Below, in pieces: positions 10,741-20,663 of a DNA stretch of 64,000 nt. The stretch is from Escherichia phage phiE142. The notes beneath the pieces were generated by a model. The model did no database searches. It was not told the DNA's origin and saw only the letters and a list, made by a program, of their open reading frames with translations. The stretch's first letter is position 1. Every line of letters begins with the position of its first letter. Made by a program: the position numbers and the translations under genes. Where the stretch lies: the sequence record NC_055709.1; one strand, 5' to 3'.

Positions 10741-10932
10741 AATTAAATTACATTAAGATATGTTAAAGCCAACCATGTTCCAGTGAACGAGCATGCAATG
10801 TAAAAAACCGTATCACAAAATGTTCTTAGTACAATAAGAAGTGCATTTTTCATAAGTACCTCAACACAATTGAAAATATTATACAAATCATTGGGATACT
10901 AAGCAACCATATTCCTATCCACATTTTAGAGC

Positions 10933-11196
10933 TCATATCTCAACTTCCGTGAGTTCCATATATCCTTTGTTGATAACCTCTTTAAGGTCTTTAGAAAGAA
11001 TAACACCAAAATGGTCATTCATATGTCCATTAACTAAACGAGTTATTTCGGCTTCGGATGACATATAAGGCACGTCTGAGTCCCAATGAGATAGACCTAA
11101 ATGAGTATAAATCATCCCTTCGTCATCTGCAGTGTTGTACATTGAAACAAACTCACCAGTCACTTTATGTTTTGCGTAGAAAAATTTAAATTTCAT
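10933..11196 (-). CDS. Hypothetical early protein (87 aa)
   Basis: ORF with own promoter. Confidence 0.45.
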   Translation of the reverse strand: MKFKFFYAKHKVTGEFVSMYNTADDEGMIYTHLGLSHWDSDVPYMSSEAEITRLVNGHMNDHFGVILSKDLKEVINKGYMELTEVEI

Positions 11197-11222
11197 GATG
11201 TTATCCTCTTTTAGATAGGACT

Positions 11223-11252
11223 ACTATATCATAGTCCTACTTAGTTGTAAAC
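11223..11252 (-). promoter_or_regulatory. Sigma70-type early promoter-like element
   Basis: Minus strand GTTTAC, 18 nt, TATAGT; shares the TAGGACTACTATA block with the 10711 element. Confidence 0.5.
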
Positions 11253-11264
11253 ACTTTTGTGAAA

Positions 11265-11822
11265 TTAAAGATGAAGATACCACCCGTTGTAGTTGCTCTT
11301 GCGGACGATTTTCTTTAGGTCTTCATGGTCTCCCACGAACTTTATAGAATAAGAGAAGACGTCAGGTGAGGTTTCTTTGACATCTAATATAATAATGCAA
11401 TCTGCGACTCGATGATTCAAGAAGGGCCCTATATTGATTCCATTACCACCCGGATAATCACCACCGTATCCTGTGGTAACCGAAATCCATTTCGAATCTA
11501 TCTGGTGCGTCTTGACTTCGACACGCAACCCGCAGTATTTAGGATGAGCTAACACGTCCCATGCATACGTGTACGGGTCTTCTACGTCTTCATTACCTTT
11601 ATTAACGTATCCGTCTAGCCAATTTGCTACTACATACTCTGCAAAGACTGCAACCTTACAACGTCGAACAACGTCTTCTTTTATTTGACCGGGATCTTGT
11701 TTCAACGAGTACCGAGCAGTATCAGCGATCTTAACCTTCATTTCGCTAGTCAAAAACTCATTCGACAGGATAAATGTCGGAAGACTCTTCAGCCTCAACA
11801 GTCCCAAGTTCGTCTTTACCAT
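11265..11822 (-). CDS. DenB-like protein (endonuclease IV position)
   Basis: Positional call between ndd and rIIB; 185 aa from internal ATG (MVKTNLG), the size of T4 DenB; ORF track starts at 11885; no catalytic motif verified. Confidence 0.45.
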   Translation of the reverse strand: MVKTNLGLLRLKSLPTFILSNEFLTSEMKVKIADTARYSLKQDPGQIKEDVVRRCKVAVFAEYVVANWLDGYVNKGNEDVEDPYTYAWDVLAHPKYCGLRVEVKTHQIDSKWISVTTGYGGDYPGGNGINIGPFLNHRVADCIIILDVKETSPDVFSYSIKFVGDHEDLKKIVRKSNYNGWYLHL

Positions 11823-12045
11823 AGATACCTCTGATGTGTAGTTCGCCAAAATAAATGCGGTCACCTTCTTCAAGATATTCTGCATCTACAGGTGGAATTT
11901 CATTAACAACTTCGTCGCATTCTAACCAGCCGTAGTGTGCATCACCAGGATGTTTTACCAATTTAGCACAATAAACTGATTTACACTTATGATGACCACG
12001 AAGATTAGCAATTTTGGATTCTGATACGTCAAATGGATGAATCAT
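11758..12045 (-). CDS. Hypothetical Cys/His-containing protein (95 aa)
   Basis: ATG at 12045 preceded by AGGGG and located just after the rIIB terminator; HHKCKSVYC motif. Confidence 0.45.
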   Translation of the reverse strand: MIHPFDVSESKIANLRGHHKCKSVYCAKLVKHPGDAHYGWLECDEVVNEIPPVDAEYLEEGDRIYFGELHIRGIYGKDELGTVEAEESSDIYPVE

Positions 12046-12053
12046 AATTACCC

Positions 12054-12080
12054 CTAAAGAAAAAGGGGACCGAAGTCCCC
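12054..12080 (-). terminator. Rho-independent terminator after rIIB
   Basis: Minus strand GGGGACTTCGGTCCCC followed by TTTTTCTTT. Confidence 0.65.
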
Positions 12081-12085
12081 AATTA

Positions 12086-13012
12086 TTATTCTGCAAATAA
12101 TTCAGTAACGTCTGAAATTACTTCATAACGACAAGTACGCATCTTAGCATCACCATAGTCAACTGGGATGGATACAACATCACGTGGATGAACTTTAACC
12201 TTAACAACTTTATCTGAGCTAGAACCAAAGTAACGAATATATGATTTAGCGCAAACATGTAGACCACGGGAGCAAGTTTGTGTATCATCATCGTTAACAC
12301 GAGTCCGAGGCATTGAAACAACTTTACCTGGTGAGTTATCAAATGTACCACTATAACAGTCTAAATAGTCCTTACGAACTACTTTCCATGCATAAAAATG
12401 TCCATCTTCAGTGATTTCAATGTCATTTGCAACCAAGAAGTCGAATAAACGTTGTACAGCTTTTTCGCTTGGGTTTTCTAACAGGTTTTCAAGGAATGGC
12501 AGATAGAATTTAAAGTCTTCACCTTTTTCCATGGAATCAATAATACGGTTAACCAGCCCTGAACGAATCTCTATACCTTGATAAAATAAACTACCACCTT
12601 CAATAGTAACATTACCATCAACAAACTTAGTAATAGCTTTCTTGATGTTAATAAGTTCGACAGCTTTACTAAGGTTTCCTGCGACCAGATTAGCTTTAAT
12701 TTCTTCAAAATTTGCATGACTTGATGGGGTCGCATTGTATGCTACGCGTCCTTCAATGATTGAAATAAATTTAGATGACGCGTTCCATACGATTTCTGGA
12801 CGATGACCTGTAATAATAGGTTCATCATTTTTCGGAACTTCTTCAACTTTCGAAGTCTCATCTTCGGCTTTAAAGTTCTTAACAATCTTACGAAGAGTGT
12901 CAGTGGAAATATTGAAGTAATCAGCAATTTCCTGACGGGTCCATTGGCCTGATTTAACCAGTCCGTAAGCTTCTAACTGTTCTTCTTGGGACAAGCATTT
13001 AATATTGTACAT
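12086..13012 (-). CDS. rIIB: rIIB protein
   Basis: 308 aa; MYNIKCL... and long conserved blocks (FYAWKVVR, DDDTQTCSRGLHVC) match T4 rIIB. Confidence 0.9.
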   Translation of the reverse strand: MYNIKCLSQEEQLEAYGLVKSGQWTRQEIADYFNISTDTLRKIVKNFKAEDETSKVEEVPKNDEPIITGHRPEIVWNASSKFISIIEGRVAYNATPSSHANFEEIKANLVAGNLSKAVELINIKKAITKFVDGNVTIEGGSLFYQGIEIRSGLVNRIIDSMEKGEDFKFYLPFLENLLENPSEKAVQRLFDFLVANDIEITEDGHFYAWKVVRKDYLDCYSGTFDNSPGKVVSMPRTRVNDDDTQTCSRGLHVCAKSYIRYFGSSSDKVVKVKVHPRDVVSIPVDYGDAKMRTCRYEVISDVTELFAE

Positions 13013-13021
13013 AATGTTTCC

Positions 13022-15235
13022 TTATTTGGCCGCTTCCACGGCCTTCATGAATTTAACGATTTGAGCGACCTGTTCTTTAGAAAGAGTACCACGTCGTCCC
13101 ATGTATTCTGACACAATATGATAATTGGTTTCGAATTCAATAACCATTTTATCATCATTATCGTAAGCATTATCTTTAAGCTTATCGAAAATTTTAGCAC
13201 ATAGTTCTAACTTTTTATTCAGTTCTCTGTTAGTAGCACCTGAGAATCGATTCCATCCCCAACGATTATTTACTGTTGAGAGTTTTGCAAAATCTTTACT
13301 GATTTCTTTGTTTTTAGAGCTAAAATATTTACTAAGGAAGTTAAGCTCTTCATTACGAGTAATATGATTCAAATAAGGTTGAGCTCTACGACTTGGTGAT
13401 ACATACTCATCATAATCTACTTTATCGATTAGCGTAATATAGTCATTAATTGATTTTTCGAACAAGCATTCTACTTCACCAAGTTTACGAACTTTCTTAG
13501 CAATCTGTGGACGAACTACAGTGAACTCTTTAATACCTGACAAATCAGCAATACGGGTCAAGAAATTGGAGTCATAGTTCAACCAACCTTTATCGGCGTC
13601 AAGACATTCAGCATTAGAACGATTACGAACTATAGCATAACCTTGGATTTCATCTGCTTCACTTGCCGGAATAAAGAGGTCTTCTGATACCCAAACATCG
13701 TTTTCATTCTTAAAGAATCGATGAGCACTTGGCGATTTAGGACGAGGCTCATTAGTCCGTTTCCTGACTTCAATCCATGGCTTAACGATTTGTAAAAGCT
13801 CTGAAGTCTTGTACATGTTAATGTTGTCGCCATCAAAGATAACTTTAAGGCGTTCCAGAAGTTTCATTGCATCTTCGTCTGTAGGGTCAACGAATATTAC
13901 GCTTTTACCAAAACCGCGCGGAACTTTACCAGTTAATTTAACCTCGTCTTTAGACATTTCAATTGAATTAAGAGCTCGCATTAATGGAACGCGTCCCTTA
14001 ACGTCGTCAATAACAATTTCAACGTTTTTAATGTTAATGCCAATCAGACTGTTAATTGAAATGGTTGCCGTTGAGCTACCGCTTTCACGAATACGGCGAA
14101 GACGAGTGGATTCAACGATATCGTATACTACGCCAAGATTACACCACTCAGGCCCCATTTTAAAACGTTTGTACAACTCAGAATAAGTTAGTTGTTCTTT
14201 GGAGTATTTCAGTGATTCAATATTAGACCCAGCCTTTTCCATGTATTTACGAGCGGTATAGCCAAGAGAATCAATTTCACGGAACACATGACGTGGGTAT
14301 TTACAATCAATCCATTTCTTAGAATCTTCAGCGAACAATTTAGCATCTATTTCTGCAACGCGTTTATGGATATTTGCTACTGTACGTTTATCAAACGACA
14401 ATGCTTCACGAGACGGGGCTACATCTAGTTCACCCATAGGGAATTTAATATAAGCTGTAGTGCATCGCGTCATCATCCATGTTTGTTCTTTAATAACACT
14501 TCCGATTGGATATACAATACCGCCGTAAACAGCCATGATATTACCACGTTCACCCCATGGAGCTTCCTTGGCCAAATATACATCGTCAAATTCAGGGAAG
14601 TATTTAATATCTTTAACACCACGAACTTCTGCAATATCACCTAGAGGACGCATAACATATGCAATTTCGGATGCAAACTTTTCAAAATCTTCCGGGTTAA
14701 CCGGTACAACTACTTCTACACCCGTACGGTCGTCAGGACCCATCTTATCTACAAATGTCGGCTTAATTTGTGGACCTGTGTCATCTTGGTAGATTACGTA
14801 ACCACGAACTTCACCGTTGTGATAAGACGTAAGGTTAAACGTATCAGTATATGCTAATGGAGCTTTAGAACCGAGTCCGAATCCACCGATGAAATCGTTA
14901 CTCGATGTTTTAGTTGAAGCAAAATATGAGTTATAGATTCCTGGCTCTTCGTCATTACCTCGAATGGTGAAATCACTCATACCAGGACCAAAGTCTCGAA
15001 CTACAAAACGTGGGTCTAAACGACCTGGAGCCTGAACAATAAACTTATCAGTGCAACCATTAAGAATTTGTCCATCGATACAGTTTGTAATTAATTCACG
15101 TACACAAGCCAATTCTTTGTTTGTATAAAGGTCATTAGACAAAATCTTATAAACTTTGCTATTGCCTTGAATAGTGAATGCTGTGCTCTTACCGCCTGAA
15201 CCAATAATCGTTTCTTTAGCCGTTTCAATAATCAT
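13022..15235 (-). CDS. rIIA: rIIA protein
   Basis: 737 aa, N-terminal GHKL-type ATPase features, directly upstream of rIIB as in T4. Confidence 0.9.
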   Translation of the reverse strand: MIIETAKETIIGSGGKSTAFTIQGNSKVYKILSNDLYTNKELACVRELITNCIDGQILNGCTDKFIVQAPGRLDPRFVVRDFGPGMSDFTIRGNDEEPGIYNSYFASTKTSSNDFIGGFGLGSKAPLAYTDTFNLTSYHNGEVRGYVIYQDDTGPQIKPTFVDKMGPDDRTGVEVVVPVNPEDFEKFASEIAYVMRPLGDIAEVRGVKDIKYFPEFDDVYLAKEAPWGERGNIMAVYGGIVYPIGSVIKEQTWMMTRCTTAYIKFPMGELDVAPSREALSFDKRTVANIHKRVAEIDAKLFAEDSKKWIDCKYPRHVFREIDSLGYTARKYMEKAGSNIESLKYSKEQLTYSELYKRFKMGPEWCNLGVVYDIVESTRLRRIRESGSSTATISINSLIGINIKNVEIVIDDVKGRVPLMRALNSIEMSKDEVKLTGKVPRGFGKSVIFVDPTDEDAMKLLERLKVIFDGDNINMYKTSELLQIVKPWIEVRKRTNEPRPKSPSAHRFFKNENDVWVSEDLFIPASEADEIQGYAIVRNRSNAECLDADKGWLNYDSNFLTRIADLSGIKEFTVVRPQIAKKVRKLGEVECLFEKSINDYITLIDKVDYDEYVSPSRRAQPYLNHITRNEELNFLSKYFSSKNKEISKDFAKLSTVNNRWGWNRFSGATNRELNKKLELCAKIFDKLKDNAYDNDDKMVIEFETNYHIVSEYMGRRGTLSKEQVAQIVKFMKAVEAAK

Positions 15236-15247
15236 ATTTTTCTCTCA

Positions 15248-15448
15248 TCACAAGTTACGTTTAAAAATTTCCGCTACTTCAAGAAGTTCTTCTTTAGTAG
15301 CTGTATCGGTTTGTATTTTATATCGAATTTCTTTAAAGCGTTCTTTAAAGAACTCTGCTGACTCGATATCAAAAAATCTTTGGATAAGCCGGAATTCCCG
15401 GAGCACCGCTTTATCAAAAAGTTCCAAGTTCACGTTATATGTTCTCAT
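15248..15448 (-). CDS. rIIA.1-like small protein
   Basis: 66-aa ORF immediately upstream of rIIA. Confidence 0.5.
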   Translation of the reverse strand: MRTYNVNLELFDKAVLREFRLIQRFFDIESAEFFKERFKEIRYKIQTDTATKEELLEVAEIFKRNL

Positions 15449-15540
15449 AATATTCTCTTCAGTAGATTCCTAGGGCACTATTACTAAAGACCATATAATC
15501 TATCATCTTATGTGTAATAGTGCCTCAGGCGATTCAGGAT

Positions 15541-16641
15541 TTACGCTGTGAAGATTTTATCCCACATCGCAACAACTGCATCTCGGTTATACTTCTTCCA
15601 TACTGCTTCAGCACGTTTAACTCGAGCTTCGTACGTGTCAGTGAATTCTAATACAGCTTTTGTGTAAAGCGCAACTACTTCTTTCTTAGGAGTAGAGGAA
15701 TCAATTTCTACACGCACAGTATCTGGGTCATATTCGAATGTCGCATGCGGATAATCCTTAAAAACTAACTGAATTACAGGGACACCTTTAGAAATGGCTT
15801 CAATAGAACTATTCTCTACCGTACCTGTGTCAGGACACGTATTAATAAGTGCTTTAGCTGTTTTAAGACGTTCCATAATTTCACTGTGTGGAGCATCAAT
15901 AATAACAGGATACTTAGCCGGTGGTGCCCATTTGCTTGGACAATAACCAATACCATTTTCGCCTAGTGCTTTAATCGCTTCAAGAGCAACATCAGTACGA
16001 CGCATTTTAGTGTCATAACGTTGTGCACTAATAATCAGATCAGTCGCCGGAAGAACTTCAGGTTTCTCATTCAAACAAATAACCGGATAATCTTCGGCTT
16101 CAAACAACGGATTTGCTCGCCAATAATCATAATCAATTTTGTCAGTCAGACCTGAAGTCATATAACAATATTTGCGTTCAAATTCACGGAAGGCTTTAGT
16201 AGGAGCATAACTCTTACCACCGTTCTTATGAATTTGAATAGTCTGGTCCCAAATTTGAACAATGCCACGAGATACCGGTTCAAATGGTGTTGCCATAAAA
16301 TTCTTATGAACTTTAGAGAGGCCCGCGTCTTTAATTGCCTGAACAGTTAGTTTGGTCGGTTCCATTGTAACAACGAAATCGTACTCATTAATGCCGGCTA
16401 GTTCAACAATCTTACGAGCCATAGTATAACTCATACCTAGACTGAATTTAGTCAGATGACCAACAGGATGATGATTAACCTTCCAATCACCAAATGTGTC
16501 ATTATCAAAACCGATATAATCAATATCGGCACCGATAGAAACTAAATATTTCAACACATTTAAATGTACTGCTTCAAGACCACCTTGTACACGTTCAGGA
16601 TTAAATGGGACTGCACGAGATGGGATAAACATAACTTTCAT
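15541..16641 (-). CDS. GT-B fold glycosyltransferase (GT4-like), candidate DNA sugar transferase
   Basis: 366 aa; N-terminal MKVMFIPSR...GGLEAVHLNVLKYL and C-terminal ENSSIEAISKGVPVIQ resemble GT4 donor-binding motifs; located between rIIA.1 and gene 39. Confidence 0.7.
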   Translation of the reverse strand: MKVMFIPSRAVPFNPERVQGGLEAVHLNVLKYLVSIGADIDYIGFDNDTFGDWKVNHHPVGHLTKFSLGMSYTMARKIVELAGINEYDFVVTMEPTKLTVQAIKDAGLSKVHKNFMATPFEPVSRGIVQIWDQTIQIHKNGGKSYAPTKAFREFERKYCYMTSGLTDKIDYDYWRANPLFEAEDYPVICLNEKPEVLPATDLIISAQRYDTKMRRTDVALEAIKALGENGIGYCPSKWAPPAKYPVIIDAPHSEIMERLKTAKALINTCPDTGTVENSSIEAISKGVPVIQLVFKDYPHATFEYDPDTVRVEIDSSTPKKEVVALYTKAVLEFTDTYEARVKRAEAVWKKYNRDAVVAMWDKIFTA

Positions 16642-16650
16642 AATTAAGCC

Positions 16651-16685
16651 TTATTAAAATTAAAATGAAGCTCCCGAAGGAGCTT
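16651..16685 (-). terminator. Terminator-like hairpin
   Basis: Minus strand AAGCTCCTTCGGGAGCTT followed by CATTTTAATTTTAAT, overlapping the HNH gene stop. Confidence 0.5.
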
Positions 16686-17496
16686 AGGACATCCAACACA
16701 TTTTATAACCTTTGCAGGTTCTGTTAGGATTATTTAATGCTTTCAATATATTAGAAGACCCTATACCTAAATACTCCCTTAATTCATAAAGATAGTTAAA
16801 ATCAATAGTTTCACCTGTTTTTACACTTGTGATTCTTATAGGCCTTCTTTCATATTTAGATTTATACAACTCTCTAGTCTTAGCTTTAGTTTCTTCTGAC
16901 CTAGGAGTGTATGGTTTAAATCCTTTTGTTTTAAATGTTTCCATTCTTGATTTAGTTATTTTATCCTGATGTTCTTTTGTTTTTACAGGTGCTTTTCGCC
17001 CATTCTCCCAAGATAACTTGTTGGCCTGTATTATTTTATCTATTGCTTCTTGCGTATGAGTTTTACCATAAAATGGATTTAATTCGCCTATACGTTGTGA
17101 AGCAATATGTGACATTAATTCTCTTGTTGCTTTAGTATGTTTTTTACCTTTAAATGGGTTGCCATTTTTAGCAATCCATTCTTTCATAAATCTAGAGTGC
17201 TCTTTAGAGAATTCTTGTTTAAGCCAATCATAATCTCTAGAATTTCTAGCTCCTATGTAAAAAGCTCTAATAGCCATAAGCATAGAACGGTTCTTATGAA
17301 TTTTATAAAGCAATAAATGGGCGATAAAATGCTCTCTAGGGGTCATTTTAACTAGATTTGATTTAGCATTACTCCCGCCCATAGATTTAGGCAAAATATG
17401 GTGAGTTTCAGTATAATTAGGAATAGTGCTGCGGTTTTTAGCCGCAGCGATAAGTTTATCATAAATTTTACGATAATTCATTATCCTAGCATCCAA
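16684..17496 (-). CDS. HNH homing endonuclease with NUMOD3 repeats
   Basis: ETHHILPKSMGGSNAKSNLVKMTPREHFIAH HNH motif plus two NPF.GK.HT....L repeats; overlaps the end of gene 39. Confidence 0.8.
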   Translation of the reverse strand: MDARIMNYRKIYDKLIAAAKNRSTIPNYTETHHILPKSMGGSNAKSNLVKMTPREHFIAHLLLYKIHKNRSMLMAIRAFYIGARNSRDYDWLKQEFSKEHSRFMKEWIAKNGNPFKGKKHTKATRELMSHIASQRIGELNPFYGKTHTQEAIDKIIQANKLSWENGRKAPVKTKEHQDKITKSRMETFKTKGFKPYTPRSEETKAKTRELYKSKYERRPIRITSVKTGETIDFNYLYELREYLGIGSSNILKALNNPNRTCKGYKMCWMS

Positions 17497-19301
17497 TCTT
17501 TACGGAGTTCAGGGTCGTTACCCATGAGCATTTCAAATAGTTCTTTCCAATTTTCAGGAAGTTTAACTACGTCGTACACAGGGTTTTGAATCATTTCTTT
17601 ATATTCATCTCGCTGAAGTGAGCCCAATCCCTTGATGTATCGAATACTATGCTTAGGAAGCGTATCTTTAGCTTCTTCATACTCAGCTACAGTATAAAAC
17701 CATTTTTGAGATTTGCCAATTTGTGCAATAATTACAGGTGTTTTAACAAAGCGAATACGTCCTTGTTCAAACAATTCAGGCCAATTACTAAAGAAAGCAA
17801 GCAAAGCCGGATAGATACTTCCAAGACCGTCATGATCGGCATCGGTCATAATTGCAATATTACGATAGTTCGTATTCTCTGCCTTTTCACCAAGAATAAG
17901 ACCTGTGATAGCACAGATATCGAATAACTCTTTGTTCTTCATCATATCAGCATATGACATACCCCAGCTATTCATCACCTTACCACGTAATGGGAATCCG
18001 CCGTGTAGTTCACGGTCACGAACATCAATGAGATATCCAATTGCCGAATCACCTTCTGTTAAGAACAATGTCGTATCTGCATCTTTACCGCATTGGTTAG
18101 CTTTAATATGCTTATGAACCTTAGCTTTAGTTGCCTTTTTAGCTGCTTTAGTTTCTGCAGCCTTTTCTGCTGCCAATTTACGAGCTAATGCTGCTTCAAC
18201 AATAGGCATAATCAAGGATTCGTTTTTAAGAAGTGCCTGAGCAATTTTCTTAGCATCTAATTGGATATGATTACGAATATCACCATACGTTGACGTTAAA
18301 CGTTCTTTAGTCTGAGAATCAAAACGCATGTTGCTCATGTCTCTAATAAACATCAACATTGTGAGGCATTCTTTAACACGAGCTTTAGTGACTTCAATAC
18401 CCTTATATTTCTTTTTAATACCCGGCAAAAGATGTTCGCAGATATCATCCATTACACATTCAACATGATGACCACCATTTTTAGTATGGATGTTATTCAC
18501 ATAAGTTAAATGACGGAAGCCATCTGGTGATGTTGTGAATGCTATAGAGACTTTATCATTTTCTTGAATGATGTTATCTTCACCAAATTGTTTAGCAAAT
18601 CGTTTAAAATTACCATCAACCTTTTTACCATTAAATGTGAACTTGATATCAGGATAAACGACTGCCAATGTTTGAAGTCGGTCTAAAGTAATATCTAAAT
18701 AAATTTGAGATAAATTATGCTCTTCAAATGAAGTGAAATCAGGAGTGAAGATTACTTTAGTGCCTTTACCTTTAGATTTCTTAGAAGACCATGATTTGTT
18801 TTCCATTCCGTTTGAACAGTTAACAGTGATTTCATTTTCGCCATCTGACGTGATGCCTGTAAACAACGTAGAGAAGATATTAGTTAAACTACTCCCGACG
18901 CCGTTCATACCACCAGTCTTGCGTTCAGAATCATCACCAAAGTTACCACCGGCCTTTGGAATAGTCCAGGCTGCTACAGGACCAGGAATTTGTTCACCTG
19001 TTTGGTCGGTAACTAAACCTTGAGGAATACCACGTCCGTTATCTTCCACCGAAACTTGATTATTTTTAATTTGCACATCAATTTTATTTGCAAACTTAAA
19101 TGATGTACGAATAGCTTCATCAACCGAGTTGTCAATAATCTCATCGATTAATTTAACCAGACCAGGAACATATTCAACTTGTTGATATTTACCAAACAAA
19201 AAACGCTCGTGGGCTTCTTTAGCAGAAGAACCAATATACATGCCACTACGTTTCTTAATATGTTCTACATCTGACAGTACCTTAATTTCATTTTTAATCA
19301 T
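17481..19301 (-). CDS. 39: DNA topoisomerase II large subunit gp39 (unsplit, T2-type)
   Basis: 606 aa GyrB-like ATPase and TOPRIM regions; single ORF rather than the T4 39/60 split. Confidence 0.9.
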   Translation of the reverse strand: MIKNEIKVLSDVEHIKKRSGMYIGSSAKEAHERFLFGKYQQVEYVPGLVKLIDEIIDNSVDEAIRTSFKFANKIDVQIKNNQVSVEDNGRGIPQGLVTDQTGEQIPGPVAAWTIPKAGGNFGDDSERKTGGMNGVGSSLTNIFSTLFTGITSDGENEITVNCSNGMENKSWSSKKSKGKGTKVIFTPDFTSFEEHNLSQIYLDITLDRLQTLAVVYPDIKFTFNGKKVDGNFKRFAKQFGEDNIIQENDKVSIAFTTSPDGFRHLTYVNNIHTKNGGHHVECVMDDICEHLLPGIKKKYKGIEVTKARVKECLTMLMFIRDMSNMRFDSQTKERLTSTYGDIRNHIQLDAKKIAQALLKNESLIMPIVEAALARKLAAEKAAETKAAKKATKAKVHKHIKANQCGKDADTTLFLTEGDSAIGYLIDVRDRELHGGFPLRGKVMNSWGMSYADMMKNKELFDICAITGLILGEKAENTNYRNIAIMTDADHDGLGSIYPALLAFFSNWPELFEQGRIRFVKTPVIIAQIGKSQKWFYTVAEYEEAKDTLPKHSIRYIKGLGSLQRDEYKEMIQNPVYDVVKLPENWKELFEMLMGNDPELRKDWMLG

Positions 19302-19342
19302 GTTGTCTCCTCGTTATGAAGGTATTCTATCATCCTAAATCT

Positions 19343-19365
19343 AAAGCAAAAAGGGCCGAAGCCCT
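19343..19365 (-). terminator. Rho-independent terminator
   Basis: Minus strand AGGGCTTCGGCCCT followed by TTTTTGCTTT. Confidence 0.6.
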
Positions 19366-19790
19366 TATTTAAATTTAATTTTCTGAAGTGCATCAATTGC
19401 AGCCAGGCGCCCTTGTTCACTTTTAACTGTAATGACCACATCGCCTGATACGATCACCGAACCATCAACAAATTCTATAGAGCCTTTTTTGAAATCAACA
19501 GATGTATCTGGTTCCGGAACTTCTTCAAAGAATTTAAATTCTGCACCATAAAGCAGAATATCACCTTGCATACTATGAATAGTTCGGCCATAATCGCCTA
19601 CGGCTTCTACAGCAATAACCGAAACACCGTAACCAATCATCTCTTCCACAATAAAATCTTTGGACAATAAAGTAGTATGCAGATTAGTATTAAGACGTTT
19701 ACCAGTCGTATTAAGAATTCTCAAGAAATTATCTTCCTGTCCTTTGATAATACGATATTTCTTACCAACTTCAAAACCTTTAAAAGCCAT
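19365..19790 (-). CDS. Hypothetical early protein (141 aa)
   Basis: ORF upstream of gene 39. Confidence 0.5.
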   Translation of the reverse strand: MAFKGFEVGKKYRIIKGQEDNFLRILNTTGKRLNTNLHTTLLSKDFIVEEMIGYGVSVIAVEAVGDYGRTIHSMQGDILLYGAEFKFFEEVPEPDTSVDFKKGSIEFVDGSVIVSGDVVITVKSEQGRLAAIDALQKIKFK

Positions 19791-19792
19791 AA

Positions 19793-19972
19793 TTAACCCT
19801 TCTTAAGTAAGTCGTAAAAACCACCGTTCACATGTTTAGGAGCAGAAACCCGACGAGTAGACAGACGATGACATTCAGGGCAAACATCGTTTTCTCGTTC
19901 AGAAATCCTTTTAATTTTTTCATATTCATGGCCACAATCTTCAGATTGACATTTATAGTCGTATAACGGCAT
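19793..19972 (-). CDS. Zinc-ribbon protein (59 aa, CxxC...CxxC)
   Basis: MPLYDYKCQSEDCGHEY...CPECH four-Cys zinc ribbon; ATG-initiated; under 60 aa so absent from track. Confidence 0.5.
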   Translation of the reverse strand: MPLYDYKCQSEDCGHEYEKIKRISERENDVCPECHRLSTRRVSAPKHVNGGFYDLLKKG

Positions 19973-19974
19973 TA

Positions 19975-20397
19975 TTATTCCTTAAAATGTGCTTTCAACA
20001 TTTGATACAAAGACCATGCCTGGTCGTTATTTTCGATAGTAACTTTCATTACTGGGAATTCTGTGAAATCTTCTATCTGTTCTTGCTCTTCAGAAGCTTG
20101 GTACGGATTTTCCACTTCATCAAAAAACTCTGCTTCACTAGTAGAGAGCCAGATAAAGTTTTCATCAAGGATATCACCGCCTGTTGCGTATCCAACCATG
20201 CCAGTAGATGTCACAATTTTAGTAGGACGACCAAGATGGTCAACATCTAATACTTTAAATGGTTCCATGCCAAGACGTCGTGCATAAATCCCATTATCAG
20301 TGTGGTTTTTAATAAACTCTTCTTGGGCACGTTTATCTTTAAATTGGTACCATGAGTTAACGCGGAATTTATTAGCCATTAGTAAGTTTCCTTCCAA
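19975..20397 (-). CDS. Hypothetical early protein (140 aa; T4 goF position)
   Basis: Positional only. Confidence 0.45.
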   Translation of the reverse strand: MEGNLLMANKFRVNSWYQFKDKRAQEEFIKNHTDNGIYARRLGMEPFKVLDVDHLGRPTKIVTSTGMVGYATGGDILDENFIWLSTSEAEFFDEVENPYQASEEQEQIEDFTEFPVMKVTIENNDQAWSLYQMLKAHFKE

Positions 20398-20651
20398 TAA
20401 GTTGTACCATTTTCAGTGATTTCACGGAAGATACCATAGATAGGCATTTCATCACCGAGTTTTTCGTAAACGTAAACCACTTCAGTGTAGCATAAAAATT
20501 CAGTCCAGTTTTTCTGTACAACAACTAAATCAGGATTAAACAGAACATCTTCAAACTCATCGATGTTTGAATCAGTAGTTACGTTTTTAATGATTTGACG
20601 TTTCATAATATTCTCCTCTTGTTTTGATAGGTCTATAGTATCATAGACCAT
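20379..20651 (-). CDS. Hypothetical early protein (90 aa)
   Basis: ORF with AGAGGAGAA ribosome-binding site. Confidence 0.45.
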   Translation of the reverse strand: MVYDTIDLSKQEENIMKRQIIKNVTTDSNIDEFEDVLFNPDLVVVQKNWTEFLCYTEVVYVYEKLGDEMPIYGIFREITENGTTYWKETY

Positions 20652-20663
20652 AGTTGTTGTACA

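Noticed and set aside
17481-19301. Possible gene 60 split or 50-nt translational bypass element
   Set aside because: Gene 39 is a single uninterrupted 606-aa ORF; no separate gene 60 or bypass-like take-off/landing arrangement is visible.
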